Source: Squalus acanthias (Eukaryota). From it: a stretch of DNA of 64,000 nucleotides. The DNA lies in contig CM059432.1 in NCBI GenBank assembly GCA_030390025.1, positions 114,392,001-114,456,000 on the forward strand, given 5' to 3'. The stretch's first letter is position 1. Every line of letters begins with the position of its first letter. The notes below the pieces were generated by a model. The model was not told the origin of the DNA and searched no databases. It worked only from the letters and a program-made list of their open reading frames with translations. Shown one piece after another: positions 23,901 to 34,681 of this stretch. The translations under genes and the position numbers were made by a program.

Positions 23901-26071
23901 GGCTGCATTTTGCCGGCGCTCAGAGGGCGGGTTCGGAGGCAGGTCCGCTGTCAAAATGGCAGTGATTGACAGCGGGGCTGAAGTCCGCTCTGAATCCGCC
24001 TCCTTGTTAATTTCCCAAGTGGCAGCTCTGCACTTTTTACGGTTTGCAGACCCAGCATTAAGTGGCGGGTCAGACAATTGAGATACTTAAGTAGCTGCTT
24101 AAAGGTATTTAAGCAGCATTTTACCAGGTCCTAACGATTTTTCCATGTTTTTTACGAGGTTCCTGGTGCTCGGGGTTCACGTCAGGTAAGTGTGTCGGGT
24201 TCTCAATGACTCTCCATTGCTGTGATTAGTTGACAGTTGCAAAAGTGGCATAAAAGCTATCATTTCACAGCTGTTCAATTTCCAATCTTAGAAGCTGGAG
24301 CCTTCAGGATTTGGAATACACTTTTCAGCTTTATGGAGGTTTGAAGTGTTTGGAGCAATCTCTCAGTCCAGTGTCACCTCCTTGGAGTAACCTCTCTCAC
24401 CAATGACAGATCGCTTCCGTCATCTCAACTTCACCTGCCATCTATTCCATCAGCATCGATGCCCTTGAAAAAATCTCACCACAATCAGCCCCAACACCAA
24501 CATCACCAGGCACATCAGCAGCACCAACAACAACACCAACATTCTCCGCATCACCTGATGCTGCACAGGACACAAGGCATCAACACCCGACCACATTACT
24601 GCCTGGGAGGCCAGGGATGGCCTCACCATGGCCAATTTACATCAGTTGGCGCTGTACACCCTGGCTGCCACATGATGCGCCAGGTTAGCACCACCCCACA
24701 CCGACACCATAAAGCATCCCTACAATGCCCAAGCCATTCCTTTCACACTCATCACCATTGGGGAGCCGGGGGGGGGGGGGCGGGGGCGGGTACCGTTATG
24801 TCTCACCATTCATTGTAACTCAATAAGCCACTTCCAAAGGTGCACATAGATCTGTCCAAGAAATTGGCGTTAACACCCAACTGCCTACCCTTCTTTGTTG
24901 TTAGTTGGTATGATTGGACAAGGATGAGGGTGAGTGTGATGGGTGGCTAGTGAGATGGGGAAGTGATAATGTAGATAGAGAGGGATGGGTGGAGGTGCAA
25001 GGTAAGTTGGTGTGAGTAAGGATGTGCAGGAGTAAAAGAAAGAAAGACTTGCATTTATATAGCGCCTTTCACGATCCGATTGGACGTTTCAAAGCGCTTT
25101 ACAGCCAATGAAGTACTATTTGAAGTGGAGTCACTGTTGTAATGTGGGAAATGCGGCAGCCAATTTGCACACAGCAAGTCCCACAAACAGCAATGTGATA
25201 ATGACCAGATAATCTGTTTTTTTGTTATGTCGGTTGAGGGATAAATATTGGCCAGGACACCGGGGATAACTCCCCTGCTCTTATTCGGAATAGTGCCCTG
25301 GGATCTTTTACGTCCACCTGAGAGAGCAGATGGGGCCTCGGTTTAACGTCTCATCCGAAAGACGGCACCTCCGACAGTGCAGCACTCCCTCAGCACTGCA
25401 CTGGAGTGTCAGCCTAGCTTTATGTGCTCAAGTCCCTGGAGTGGGACTTCAACCCACAACCTTCTGTCTCAGAGGCGAGTGTGCTACCAACTGAGCCACA
25501 GCTGACACAGTAGGGAAGGCAGAGTGATGGGAATGTGATGAATGGCACAGCAGGATGAGGCTGAGTGTGGCTTTGCAGTAACACCTTGTGATCCACTGAG
25601 ATCATTGAAAGGTTTGCGCCACTCCTGACGACATCCCTGCTTGTGCCCTCCTGTGCAATATGCAACCAGTCTGCGTTGATCTCCTGGGGAGGTCTCTTCC
25701 GCCCATTGGAAGGGAAGAGAACCTCCCTGCGTGCTGTGACTTCCTCCATAAGCATATGGGGGGAGTCATGGGAGAGCCTGGGTGCAGCCGTGCATCTTTG
25801 TGCGGTGCTTGTCAGTGTTTGCAGCACCTCAATGCTGCAGAATACTGACAGCACAACATGGCCCCTTTAAGGAAACTGGCTGATGACGCATCATAAAATG
25901 ACGTCATCAGACCCGCTTCCTATTAATTGGCCGGGAACCTCACAGGGCGGGCTTAACAAGCCCCATCAACGGAAAATCTTGTTGGAGGCCAGGATCGAGA
26001 CAGATGCGGGGTCCCCATACACCATGGACGTCGCCTGCGTCGGACCCGCCGAGGTTTGAAAAATCCAGCAC
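23901..26071 (+). mobile_element. Internally deleted Harbinger (transposase 5' stub plus Myb exon 1 remnant)
   Basis: TIR-like GGCTGCATTTT / AAAATCCAGCAC, TSD TGG supported by restoring the host CR1 frame; QQHQQ...PDAAQ stub at ~24480-24580; minus-strand TAAPRLS...RREVLFPSNGRKRPPQE at ~25580-25815. Confidence 0.85.
25037..25508 (-). mobile_element. Full-length tRNA-derived Deu-domain SINE (SacSINE1-like) nested in a Harbinger
   Basis: Minus strand: GTGTCAGCTGTGGCTCAGTTGGTAGCAC (A box), GGGTTGAAGTCCC (B box), GGAGGTGCCGTCTTTCGGATGAGACGTTAAACCGAGG core, tail GGCGCTATATAAATGCAAGTCTTTCTTTC; possible AGTA TSD. Confidence 0.88.
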
Positions 26072-26169
26072 TGGATTTGTGCTGGAGGACTGTAGAGTGG
26101 CCAATGTAATACCATTTTCAAAATGGGAAATAGAGCTAACCCAGGTAATTACAGGCCAGTTAGTTTAAT

Positions 26170-26934
26170 GGCCCAAAAATTCGGCCCTTCCCGCGTGAGT
26201 ACACAGTGAGTACTCACCCGTATTGCTTCCCGAAGTGCCAGTTTCCTGCATGCACTGCGCATGCGCGGGAAACCGGAACTTCCAGTATGGTGAAGGGGGC
26301 GGTTCCTAGGTGAACCGCGTGCGCGCTAGAGGCTGCGCGCACGCAGCACACTTCGATTTTTTTTCAGGTTTCTACGCGAGGGTAAGTATTGAAGATACTA
26401 CGCTAATAAAAAGGAGGCGTAAGACCCCTTTTGAACAAGGTAAGTGGTTAATTAAGTATAATTTTAAATTTTTTTCAACAGGTTTATCTTTTTTAGATAC
26501 TTTAAAGAAAGGTAAGTTTATTTTTATAACTTTTAAAAAGTATTTTAATATTTTCAAAAATTTAAATTTTTGTTTAAAGTGGTTAATTTATTTAACTATA
26601 GTTATTTTATAAATGTGATGGTTTTTAAAAAAAAATTATTTTAAGTTTAGCTGTTCTTTTGGGGCCGATTTCAATTCACAGATTTGACAGGTCTCCTGTC
26701 AAATCTATGAATGAAAGATGGTCTGCTGCCATTGGTTCTCCATGGCCCACGTGATCCCAGGGGTCGCATCGCACTAACTGCGCCCCTGGAACACGCAAGC
26801 ACTGCGCGCCGGCAGTTGGGAGAGGCCCAGGACCCGACGTTCCCGTGGGCCCAAAACACAACGGCAGGCGCGGTAGGTAAGAGCGCGCGCGATCCTTACC
26901 CCCGCGGCAAGCCGGACACGTGAATTTCTGGGAC
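26170..26934. mobile_element. Harbinger-type MITE with GC-rich arms and AT-rich core
   Basis: TIRs GGCCCAAAAATTC / GAATTTCTGGGAC, TSD AAT; related element in opposite orientation at 46836-47582. Confidence 0.85.
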
Positions 26935-28163
26935 AATATCTGTGATAGGGAAAATTTTTGAATGAAAATTTTAATTAGAGATGAAATTACTAAATACCTA
27001 GACGAAGAAATAATAATTAGAAGCAGCCAACATGGATTTTAGAAAGGAAGATCATGCTTGATAAACTGGGTAGAGTTCTTTGAGGAGGTGACAGATATGA
27101 TGGATGGGAGAAATGCAGTGGATGTGATATGCATGGACTTGCAGAAAGCCTTTGACAAGGTGCCACACAGGAAACTATTAGAGAAGATTAAGGGGTATGC
27201 AATTAGGGGAGGATAGCAAATAGGATTAAAATTTGATTAGAAAGAAGGAAAGAGAGAGTAGGAATTAATGGCAGATTCTCAGAATGGTTCAAAGCGATAG
27301 TAATATCCCATAGGATTCTGTTTTGGGACCGGTTCTGTTCACTTTGGATATCGGGCTACAGGCAGTGGTGTCCAAATTTGCAGAAGATGCTGAAATAAGA
27401 GGCACAATAAATAAGGAAGCTACAAAAGGATATAGATCAGATGGTAGAATGGGCAAAAAATGGCAGATGGAATTCAATGTCAGTAAATGTGAGGTGAAAC
27501 ATTTTTAACAAAAATAAAAGTAATAATTGTAGTTTGAATGGGAGAAGACTACGTGATGTGGAAGAGCAGAGCAATTTGGGTGTTCAGATTGATGAGACCA
27601 TAAAATCAACACCTCAAGTGGATAAAACCATAAAAAAAAATCTAATGGAATATTGGGTTTTATGGTTTCAGAGGCATAGAATATAAAAGTCAAGATGTAA
27701 AGGTAAATCTGCATAAAACCTTAGCAAGTTGGAGTGCTGTGTGCAATTTTAGGCTCAACATTATGGGAAGGATTTTGAGGGAATAGATAGTGTACAGTGC
27801 AGATTCACTAAGATACTAAGATGCTGCCTGATATGAGGAAATACTTAAATAGATAGGAAAATCGGGCCGTGTGTCTTACAGTTGGACAATCCGTTACCAC
27901 CAGTTTTTCACCCGCGGTGAAAGTTAAAATCCACCCCATAATGTTTTCCTTACCCGTTGTGGGTAGGTGAGCAAATCTCTACGTGTAATATGTGGGACCA
28001 GCTCTTTACATTTGTTGTCCATATGTTTAGGGTCTGGCTATTTATTGTGAACACCAAGAAATATATAAAGCTTAAAAACAATGAAACAAATTGCATCTTT
28101 CCTTCTTCACCAAATATCTTTACAACAGAACTTAGTGTTCCCAAAAACATTCTACTTAACTAC

Positions 28164-28286
28164 GGCCAGGAAATTCCTCGGAGCTGCTTCAGCTTGGCTT
28201 GCATTACTTTGCTTTATATGCAGCTCTGCACTTCCGGTGAAGTAACGCAGGCAGAGTGGGCCGCAGCTCCAAGGAATTTCACGGGC
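28164..28286. mobile_element. Tiny palindromic MITE
   Basis: GGCCAGGAAATTCCTCGGAGCTGC ... GCAGCTCCAAGGAATTTCACGGGC; flanks TAC/TAT. Confidence 0.7.
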
Positions 28287-29179
28287 TATATCTTTTTCAG
28301 AACCTCTCCCCAACCGTAAATAATGGTATAGCTCTTCCAGTCCTTGCTACCGTGTGTATCAACAATAATTGGGTTTTTTTGTAAATAAAAGAAACATAGG
28401 AGCTGTAACCATTTCCCCTACTTGCCAGTTTTCTTTTAAGCCGTACCTGTGTTTATCTCTCTTACTGTACTTGATGATTATACTTGCCAGAGATCAGTTA
28501 TTGCATAATATACTTTGCTATCACAGTTATCGCACAAAAAGTTGAAGAGTTCATGCTTTATCATTTTTTTAAATGTTTAATACAAAAAGGATTTAAATTA
28601 CCTTGGCTTTTTCTAAAATGGCTTTCTTTAGGGGTACAGTAATTTTTTATTGAACCAGAGCAGGGCAGAAGGCAGGCTTACAAACAACAAGTTCTGCCAT
28701 GCTCTGTGAATGGCCAGACTCCCTGTGAATCGTAAGACAAATTCTAGAAATTGTAGGTATAGATGCATGCTGAAACTTTAAAAAGACAGAAAGCCTGTCT
28801 GACCTGTAAGTGCTCCAAGAATTGCTTTAAAAAGTCCACAGCAATTACATTGCAGCCTACAACTACATTTTAGCAGCAGAACAATGCATTGTGTGTTACA
28901 TGGCATAATTCTCCTGTCCTTATGAAACACTGCATCCACTGATTTATAATGAGCATCACTGTGAGAAATGCACTGCTGCCATCATACTTTTCTACAGATG
29001 AACAACAACCTTAAAATACTGCAGCCTGAAATTCACAAGCAAATTCCAATTAAAAAAATTCCCTGAGCAAATAACGATTAAACTCTGAATGACTTGAGGC
29101 TTTGTTCACTCTATAACTAGACGTTGTAGCCTTAAAGGAACACCACTCCACTGTCCAGCAATTGTGGTACGAGACTGCT

Positions 29180-29535
29180 GTCTGAGGGGGATTAACAGGG
29201 TAGATACTGAGAGACTGTTTCCCCTGGCTGGAGAGTCTAGAACTAGGGGGCAAAGTCTCAGGGTATGGGTCGGCCTTTTAAGACTGAGATGAGGAGGAAT
29301 TTCTTCACTCAGAGGGTTGTGAATCTTTGGAGTTCTCTGCCCCAAAGGGCTGTGGATGCTGAGTCGTTGAGTATATTCAAGGCTGAGATAGATAGATTTT
29401 TGGACTCTGGTGGAATCAAGGGATATGGGGATAGGGCGGGAAAGTGGAGTTGAGGTCGAAGATCAGCCATGATCTTATTGAATGGTGGAGCAAGCTCGAC
29501 GGGCCATATGGCCTAATTCCCATGTTCTTAATGTT
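29180..29535 (+). mobile_element. CR1 3' end fragment
   Basis: GRPFKTEMRRNFFTQRVVNLWSSLPQRAVDAESLSIFKAEIDRFL...GYG followed by 3' UTR. Confidence 0.92.
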
Positions 29536-29607
29536 TATAAACCAATATGCAATTGGACCTATGATGAGTAATACCATGGGAGATCCACTGGCCTATATAA
29601 AAATATT

Positions 29608-30756
29608 GGGCTCGAAATTTCAGGTTCTCTGCTCTGTCACAAGAGTGTGGCTCAGTGGCATGACCAAGCTGCTTGCAGCTACTGATAAACACCCCAACCC
29701 AAACTGTGGGGACGGGGTCATTTGCGAGCTTGGAGTGAACGCATTGTACCAGTATGGGCACTTCAGCAGTGCCCTCCCTGATAGAGGCCCAGAATGTTGA
29801 AGTGGTGCAATGCCACTCCAACCGCAGAGAAAGGCCCAGGAAGGACCGAACAGAGCCTACATGTTTCTTTCTTAAGCTTCAGCTGTTCAAGAAGCTAAAT
29901 AGCACTTTCTTGCAGGTAATCAATTCCCGCTGGCAGTCAAAGTTTTGGGGCGTTTCCTGAAGCCTCAGCGAGACAGCCTGCTTGAATCCCACTGAAACCC
30001 TTTAAGGTATAAAGGATAGATTTCCCACGATACCCGGGAACTCCCACACACGCACCCCTTTAGCCTGGGGGAGGGACAACGGAAGATCCATCCATGACCC
30101 CTCCCATCACCAGAAAATAACTGCATAGAAAACATGGAGCAGAATCCCAATGGAACTGCCTTCTAACCCATTTTCTGGTCCCCAGTCAGGTGATGTGCCC
30201 CAGTTCTACCTGGGGCCCGATGAGAATTTTGGGGCCATTGGGCTGCCGTGGTATTGCAGGCCTTCCTCCCCTTCTTAAAGGGGAGGGGCCTTGCGCAGCG
30301 CGACCCGGGGCCCAGCTGGGCCCCCGGGGATCGGGAGTGCCGGCAAAAGAGCCCGGCACTCAAGAGAAGGGCCGGGCTCTTGGAGCGCAGCTGGCAATCC
30401 GCGGGGGGGGCGTTCAGGAGGCTGGGGATGGGAGCGCAGGCAGATGCTGGCAGGCAGCCCGCAACAAAAATGGCCATCCCGCACCTCGCCTTTAAACTGC
30501 GGCCTCCCCGGCCGCAGGTAGGGCCCCCTGACCCTGTCGGACATAGTGTCCGGCGGTAAGTCAGGGGGCGCTCCTGAAGATCGCGGCCAGGGCGCGAGCG
30601 GGGCGCTGCGCAAGGCGATGACGCCGCTGCTAACCTCCTGCTGAATTTCGCAGGAGATGTGGGTAGCGCTGCGCCCGTGCGCTAGTTGCTTTGCGCCTCC
30701 CGTTAGCGCCCTAAGAGGGCGCTAACGGGAGGCGCAAAGCAACCCAATTTTCCCCC
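29608..30756. mobile_element. GC-rich Harbinger-type non-autonomous element(s), possibly composite
   Basis: Right end (~30610-30756) is homologous to the right end of 22953-23841 and ends CCAATTTTCCCCC; left boundary uncertain. Confidence 0.6.
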
Positions 30757-31129
30757 AACTGTGTTTTGTACAAGTTTTGTCTGTCACACTTCAGGAGTCC
30801 TTTTTGGCCATCCCATTTTTCTTCCTGCAAATTTTGAATTGCACATTGACCTAAACTTCATATTCATAGAACAGCAACTAATAATAGTTGAACAAGCAAG
30901 GACCATATTAATCAGCAAGTAGCAAGCGTGATTGAAAACCATCAATCATTAAGTATAAAAAGCTGTCAATCAAAAATCATCATTCATCAACAATTTCCAG
31001 TCAAAGAGAAGGTGAACTAATTAAATCATTCAAAATATTTTTTGAAAATCCTTTTGGCCACCATTTTGGCTTTACCATTAAGTTGAGCTTTTCCTACAAG
31101 GAATAACATTTGTAAAAGTTATTTAATAT

Positions 31130-31460
31130 CTTATCACATCTCTTAGAAATGCCCTAAAGTGTTTCAAATACAATGAATTACTTTGTAGGCAAATGCAGCA
31201 ACCTTTTTAGCACATAGCAAGATTCCACAAACTGCATGAGATGAATGACCAGTTAATCTGCTTTTGCTGGTGTTAGTTGAGGGAGGAGCATTGGTCAGGA
31301 CACCATGAGATCAAAAAACCAGGCAGACAGGCCTCAGTTTAATGACTCTTCCAAAGGACAGAACTCCAATGGTGCAGCACTCAATCAGTATTGCACTGGA
31401 GTGACAGACTAAATTAAGTACTCAAGTCCCAGAGTGGGACTTAAACCCACAGCCTTCAAA
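31130..31460 (-). mobile_element. Degraded Deu-domain SINE
   Basis: Colinear with 25090-25460 (e.g. GGCCTCAGTTTAA...GTGCAGCACTC...GCACTGGAGTG...CTCAAGTCCC). Confidence 0.75.
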
Positions 31461-31869
31461 TTGGCATATAAATGTTAAGACTTGAAACAATATTATTAAT
31501 TGTGAACATTAACTGTTAAAATAAATGGTTTGGCAGTTGCAAGTTATAAAGTCTCCTAGTAGGCAATACATTAATCTTTACAGAACCAGGAATGAGCTTA
31601 CACAACTGGATGTTATCAGGCGGTAGGGCCACTGGCTCGCTGACTCATTTAGCAGAGCCCCTTAATGCTTTGATGCATCATTGTCATGACAGTGCCAAAT
31701 GTAAGACTTAGGGCTTTCAATTCAATGGAAAATTAAGAGAGAACTGGGAAGAACAGGAAAAATGGAAGCCAGGGAAAGCAAAATTAAAACGGTCTGAACA
31801 CAGGTACACCAGAACTAGTGGTCCCATTAGTCAAGTTGTTGCAGTGCAGCTCTGACACTGACATATACC

Positions 31870-32085
31870 TGAAATTTGTCCAGGTGCATCCTATCCACAA
31901 AAATGACAAAAATAACCCAGCCAACTACATGCCAGAGGACAGATGAGAGTAACTACTCTCAACATCAAGGCAGCATTCAACCAAGCATGACATTGAGGAG
32001 CTCTAGCAAAACTGAGATCAATGGGGATCAAAGGGAAATATCCTCCAGTGGCTGAAGTCATACTTGACACAAAGGAAAATTCTCC
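31870..32085 (+). mobile_element. Degraded LINE RT fragment of a different CR1-related family
   Basis: QVHPIHK...NPANY, LNIKAAF, KLRSMGIKG, LQWLKSYLTQRK. Confidence 0.65.
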
Positions 32086-32875
32086 TAGCTGTCTAGAGGG
32101 CAGGACTCTGCCTCTACTTTAAATCCAACAGGCCCCACTCCTGTTGGTTAAAATCAGCCCTTTAGTGTTTGATTCACAGTCAGTATATGAGCTTGAAGTT
32201 ATGTAACTGGTCAGCCCAGGGAGTTTGTAATTCCCTTGGACCTGCAATCAGTCTAAAGGTTAAGTACAACATAGCTGAGTGAAGCAATCTTCTGTGTTCA
32301 TGTAAACGAAGTAGCACAATTCATACAGGACGCATAATCCCGGCACAGACTCAATGGGCCGAATGGCCTCCTTCTGTGTCGTTATAATTCTATGGCTTAT
32401 GACTCTATAATACAGTTTTATGTGGCAGCAACCATGGTAGTATGGAATATTTGGAGTTGGGTAGAATCCACCTGAGACTTCCCTACTGAGGGATGACATC
32501 TCCTTTACAGCTAGTACAATATTATGAATCACCTAATAATGCATAATAAAATATCCATAGCAATAGGCACTCATACAAGTATATTTTTAAAATAGAACTA
32601 ACTTATTAACCACAGTATTAGAATATCTATCCAAAGTCCATGTAAGAATAAATCCCAGTCTGTGACATCATATGTGATCACAACTAGGTTCGGCTGATAT
32701 TTCCATAGTTCAATTTCCCATCAGCACCTGCTGTCTAGGTTCACATACAAAGAATGGCCACTTGGCCAAGATATCAGAGTGCAACACGCAGCTGTGGAAC
32801 CATCGCTCAGCACTTGTACCTTCACCTTTAAAAATCTAAGCAAAACCCATCTCTTCGGTCAACAACAACAACTTA

Positions 32876-33612
32876 ACATAGAAACATAGAAGATAGGAGC
32901 AGGAGTAGGCCATTCGGCCCCTCGAGTCTACTCCGCCATTCGATGAGATCATGGCTGATCATCCAAACTCAGTACCCTGTACCTGCCTTCTCCCCATATC
33001 CCTTGATACCTTTAGCTTTAAGAAATATATCTAACTCATTCTTGAATATATTTAATGACTTGGCCTCAACTACCTTCTGTGGTAGAGAATTCCACAGGTT
33101 CACCACTCTCTGGGTGAAGAAATTCTTCCTCATTTCTGTCCTAAATGGCTTACCCCTTATCCTTAGATTATGACCCCTGGTTCTGGACTCTCCGACCATC
33201 TAGTTTGTCCAGACCTGTCAGAATTTTATATGTTTCGATGAGATCCCCTCTCATTCTTCTATACTCCAGCGAGTATAAGCCCAATCGACCCAATCTCTCC
33301 TCATATGCCATTCCTGCCATCCCAGGTATCAGCCTTGTGAATCTTCGCTGAACTCCTTCCATGGTAAGAACATCCTTCCTCAGATAAGGCGACCAAAACT
33401 GCACACAGTACTCAAGGTGTGGTCTCACCAAGGCCCTGTACAACTGCAGCAGGACATCCCTGTTCCTATACTCAAACCCTTTCGCTATGAAGGCCAACAT
33501 ACCATTTGCCTTCTTCACCGCCTGCTGCACCTGCATGCTTACCTTCAGCGACTGGTGCACAAGGACACCCAGGTCTCGTTGCACTTCCCCTTCTCCCAAT
33601 CTATTGCCATTC
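32876..33612 (-). mobile_element. CR1 3' portion with a small internal deletion
   Basis: QRDLGVLVHQSLKVSMQVQQAVKKANGML...; FFTQRVVNLWNSLP; octamer tail. Same subfamily as 1-880 and 59488-61035. Confidence 0.93.
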
Positions 33613-34680
33613 AGATAGAGCGTTCCAGATGCCAACAACTATCCTCATCTCCCCTCTAGATCTTTTGCCAATGAGTCTGAATCTATGACCTCTAGTTATT
33701 GACCCACTTGCCAGAGGGAATAGTTTTTCTCTATCTATTCTATCAAAACCTCTCATCAACTTGAAAACCTCTGTTAGGTCACCTCTTAACTTTCTCTGTT
33801 CCAAGGAGAACAGTCCTAACTTTTCCAACCTCTCCCTCATCCCTGGTAACATCCTGGTAAACCTCCTCTGCACCATTTCTAAGGCCTTTACATCTTTCCT
33901 GAAGTGTGGTGCCCAGAATTGTCCACAATACGCCAGTTGAGGCCTAACCAGTGATTTATAAAGTTCTAGCATGATCTCTTTGCTTTTATATTCTATTCCT
34001 CTATTTATAAACCCAAGTAACCCATATGCTTTTCTAACCACCTTATCAACTTGCCCTGCCACCTTTAAGGATTTCTGTATATGGACACCAAGGTCTCTCT
34101 GCTCATCTACACTTTACAAAATTGTGCCATTTATAGTATACTGTCTTTCCATCTTAGTCCTCCCAAAGTGCATCACTTCACACTTCTCAGCATTGAACTC
34201 AATCTGCCATGCTTCTGCTCATTTCACCATCCTGTCTATGTCATCCTGAAGCCTATAACTATCTTCATCACTATCTACTACTTTGTCAAGTTTCGAACCA
34301 TCTACAAACTTTATAATGCTGCTTCTTACACCAGAGTCTAGGTCGTTTATAAAAATTGAAGAGTAATGGACCCAAAACTGACCCTTGGGGAACACCACTA
34401 CAAACCACCTCCCAGTCTGAAATTCATCCATCCACCACCACCCTCTGCTTCCTGAACCAATTTTGTATCCATACCGCCACTTTCCCCTTAATTCCATTGG
34501 CTTCCATCTTCTTAATAAGCCTCCTGTGTGGCACTTTGTTCAATGTCTTCTGAAAGTGCATTAATACAACATCTACTGCATGACCGTGATCAACCTTCTC
34601 TGATACCTCATCAAAGAATTCAATTAAGTTAGTCAGACACGATTTGCATTTAACAAATCCATGCTGGCTCGCCTTCATTA
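33613..34680 (-). mobile_element. CR1 RT fragment, second subfamily
   Basis: SQHGFVKCKSCLTNLIEFFDEV, INDLDSG, GQVDKVVRKAYGLLGFINRGIEYKSKE. Confidence 0.9.
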
Positions 34681-34681
34681 A

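Larger units (their letters stand above)
23851..27860 (+). mobile_element. Old degraded CR1 RT fragment split by two DNA-transposon insertions (pieces 23851-23900, 26072-26169, 26935-27860)
   Basis: Removing the inserts restores IADAL..IFQSCIESG|FVLEDCRVANVIP...NYRPVSL|ISVIGKIF...SQHGF...DLQKAFDKVPH. Confidence 0.85.

Noticed and set aside
28602..28722. Candidate extra RIMS2 exon (CAG|G ... AAG|GTAATT on the minus strand)
   Set aside because: 121 bp, in-frame stop in the required phase and no recognisable RIM homology; an alternative last exon cannot be excluded without RNA data.
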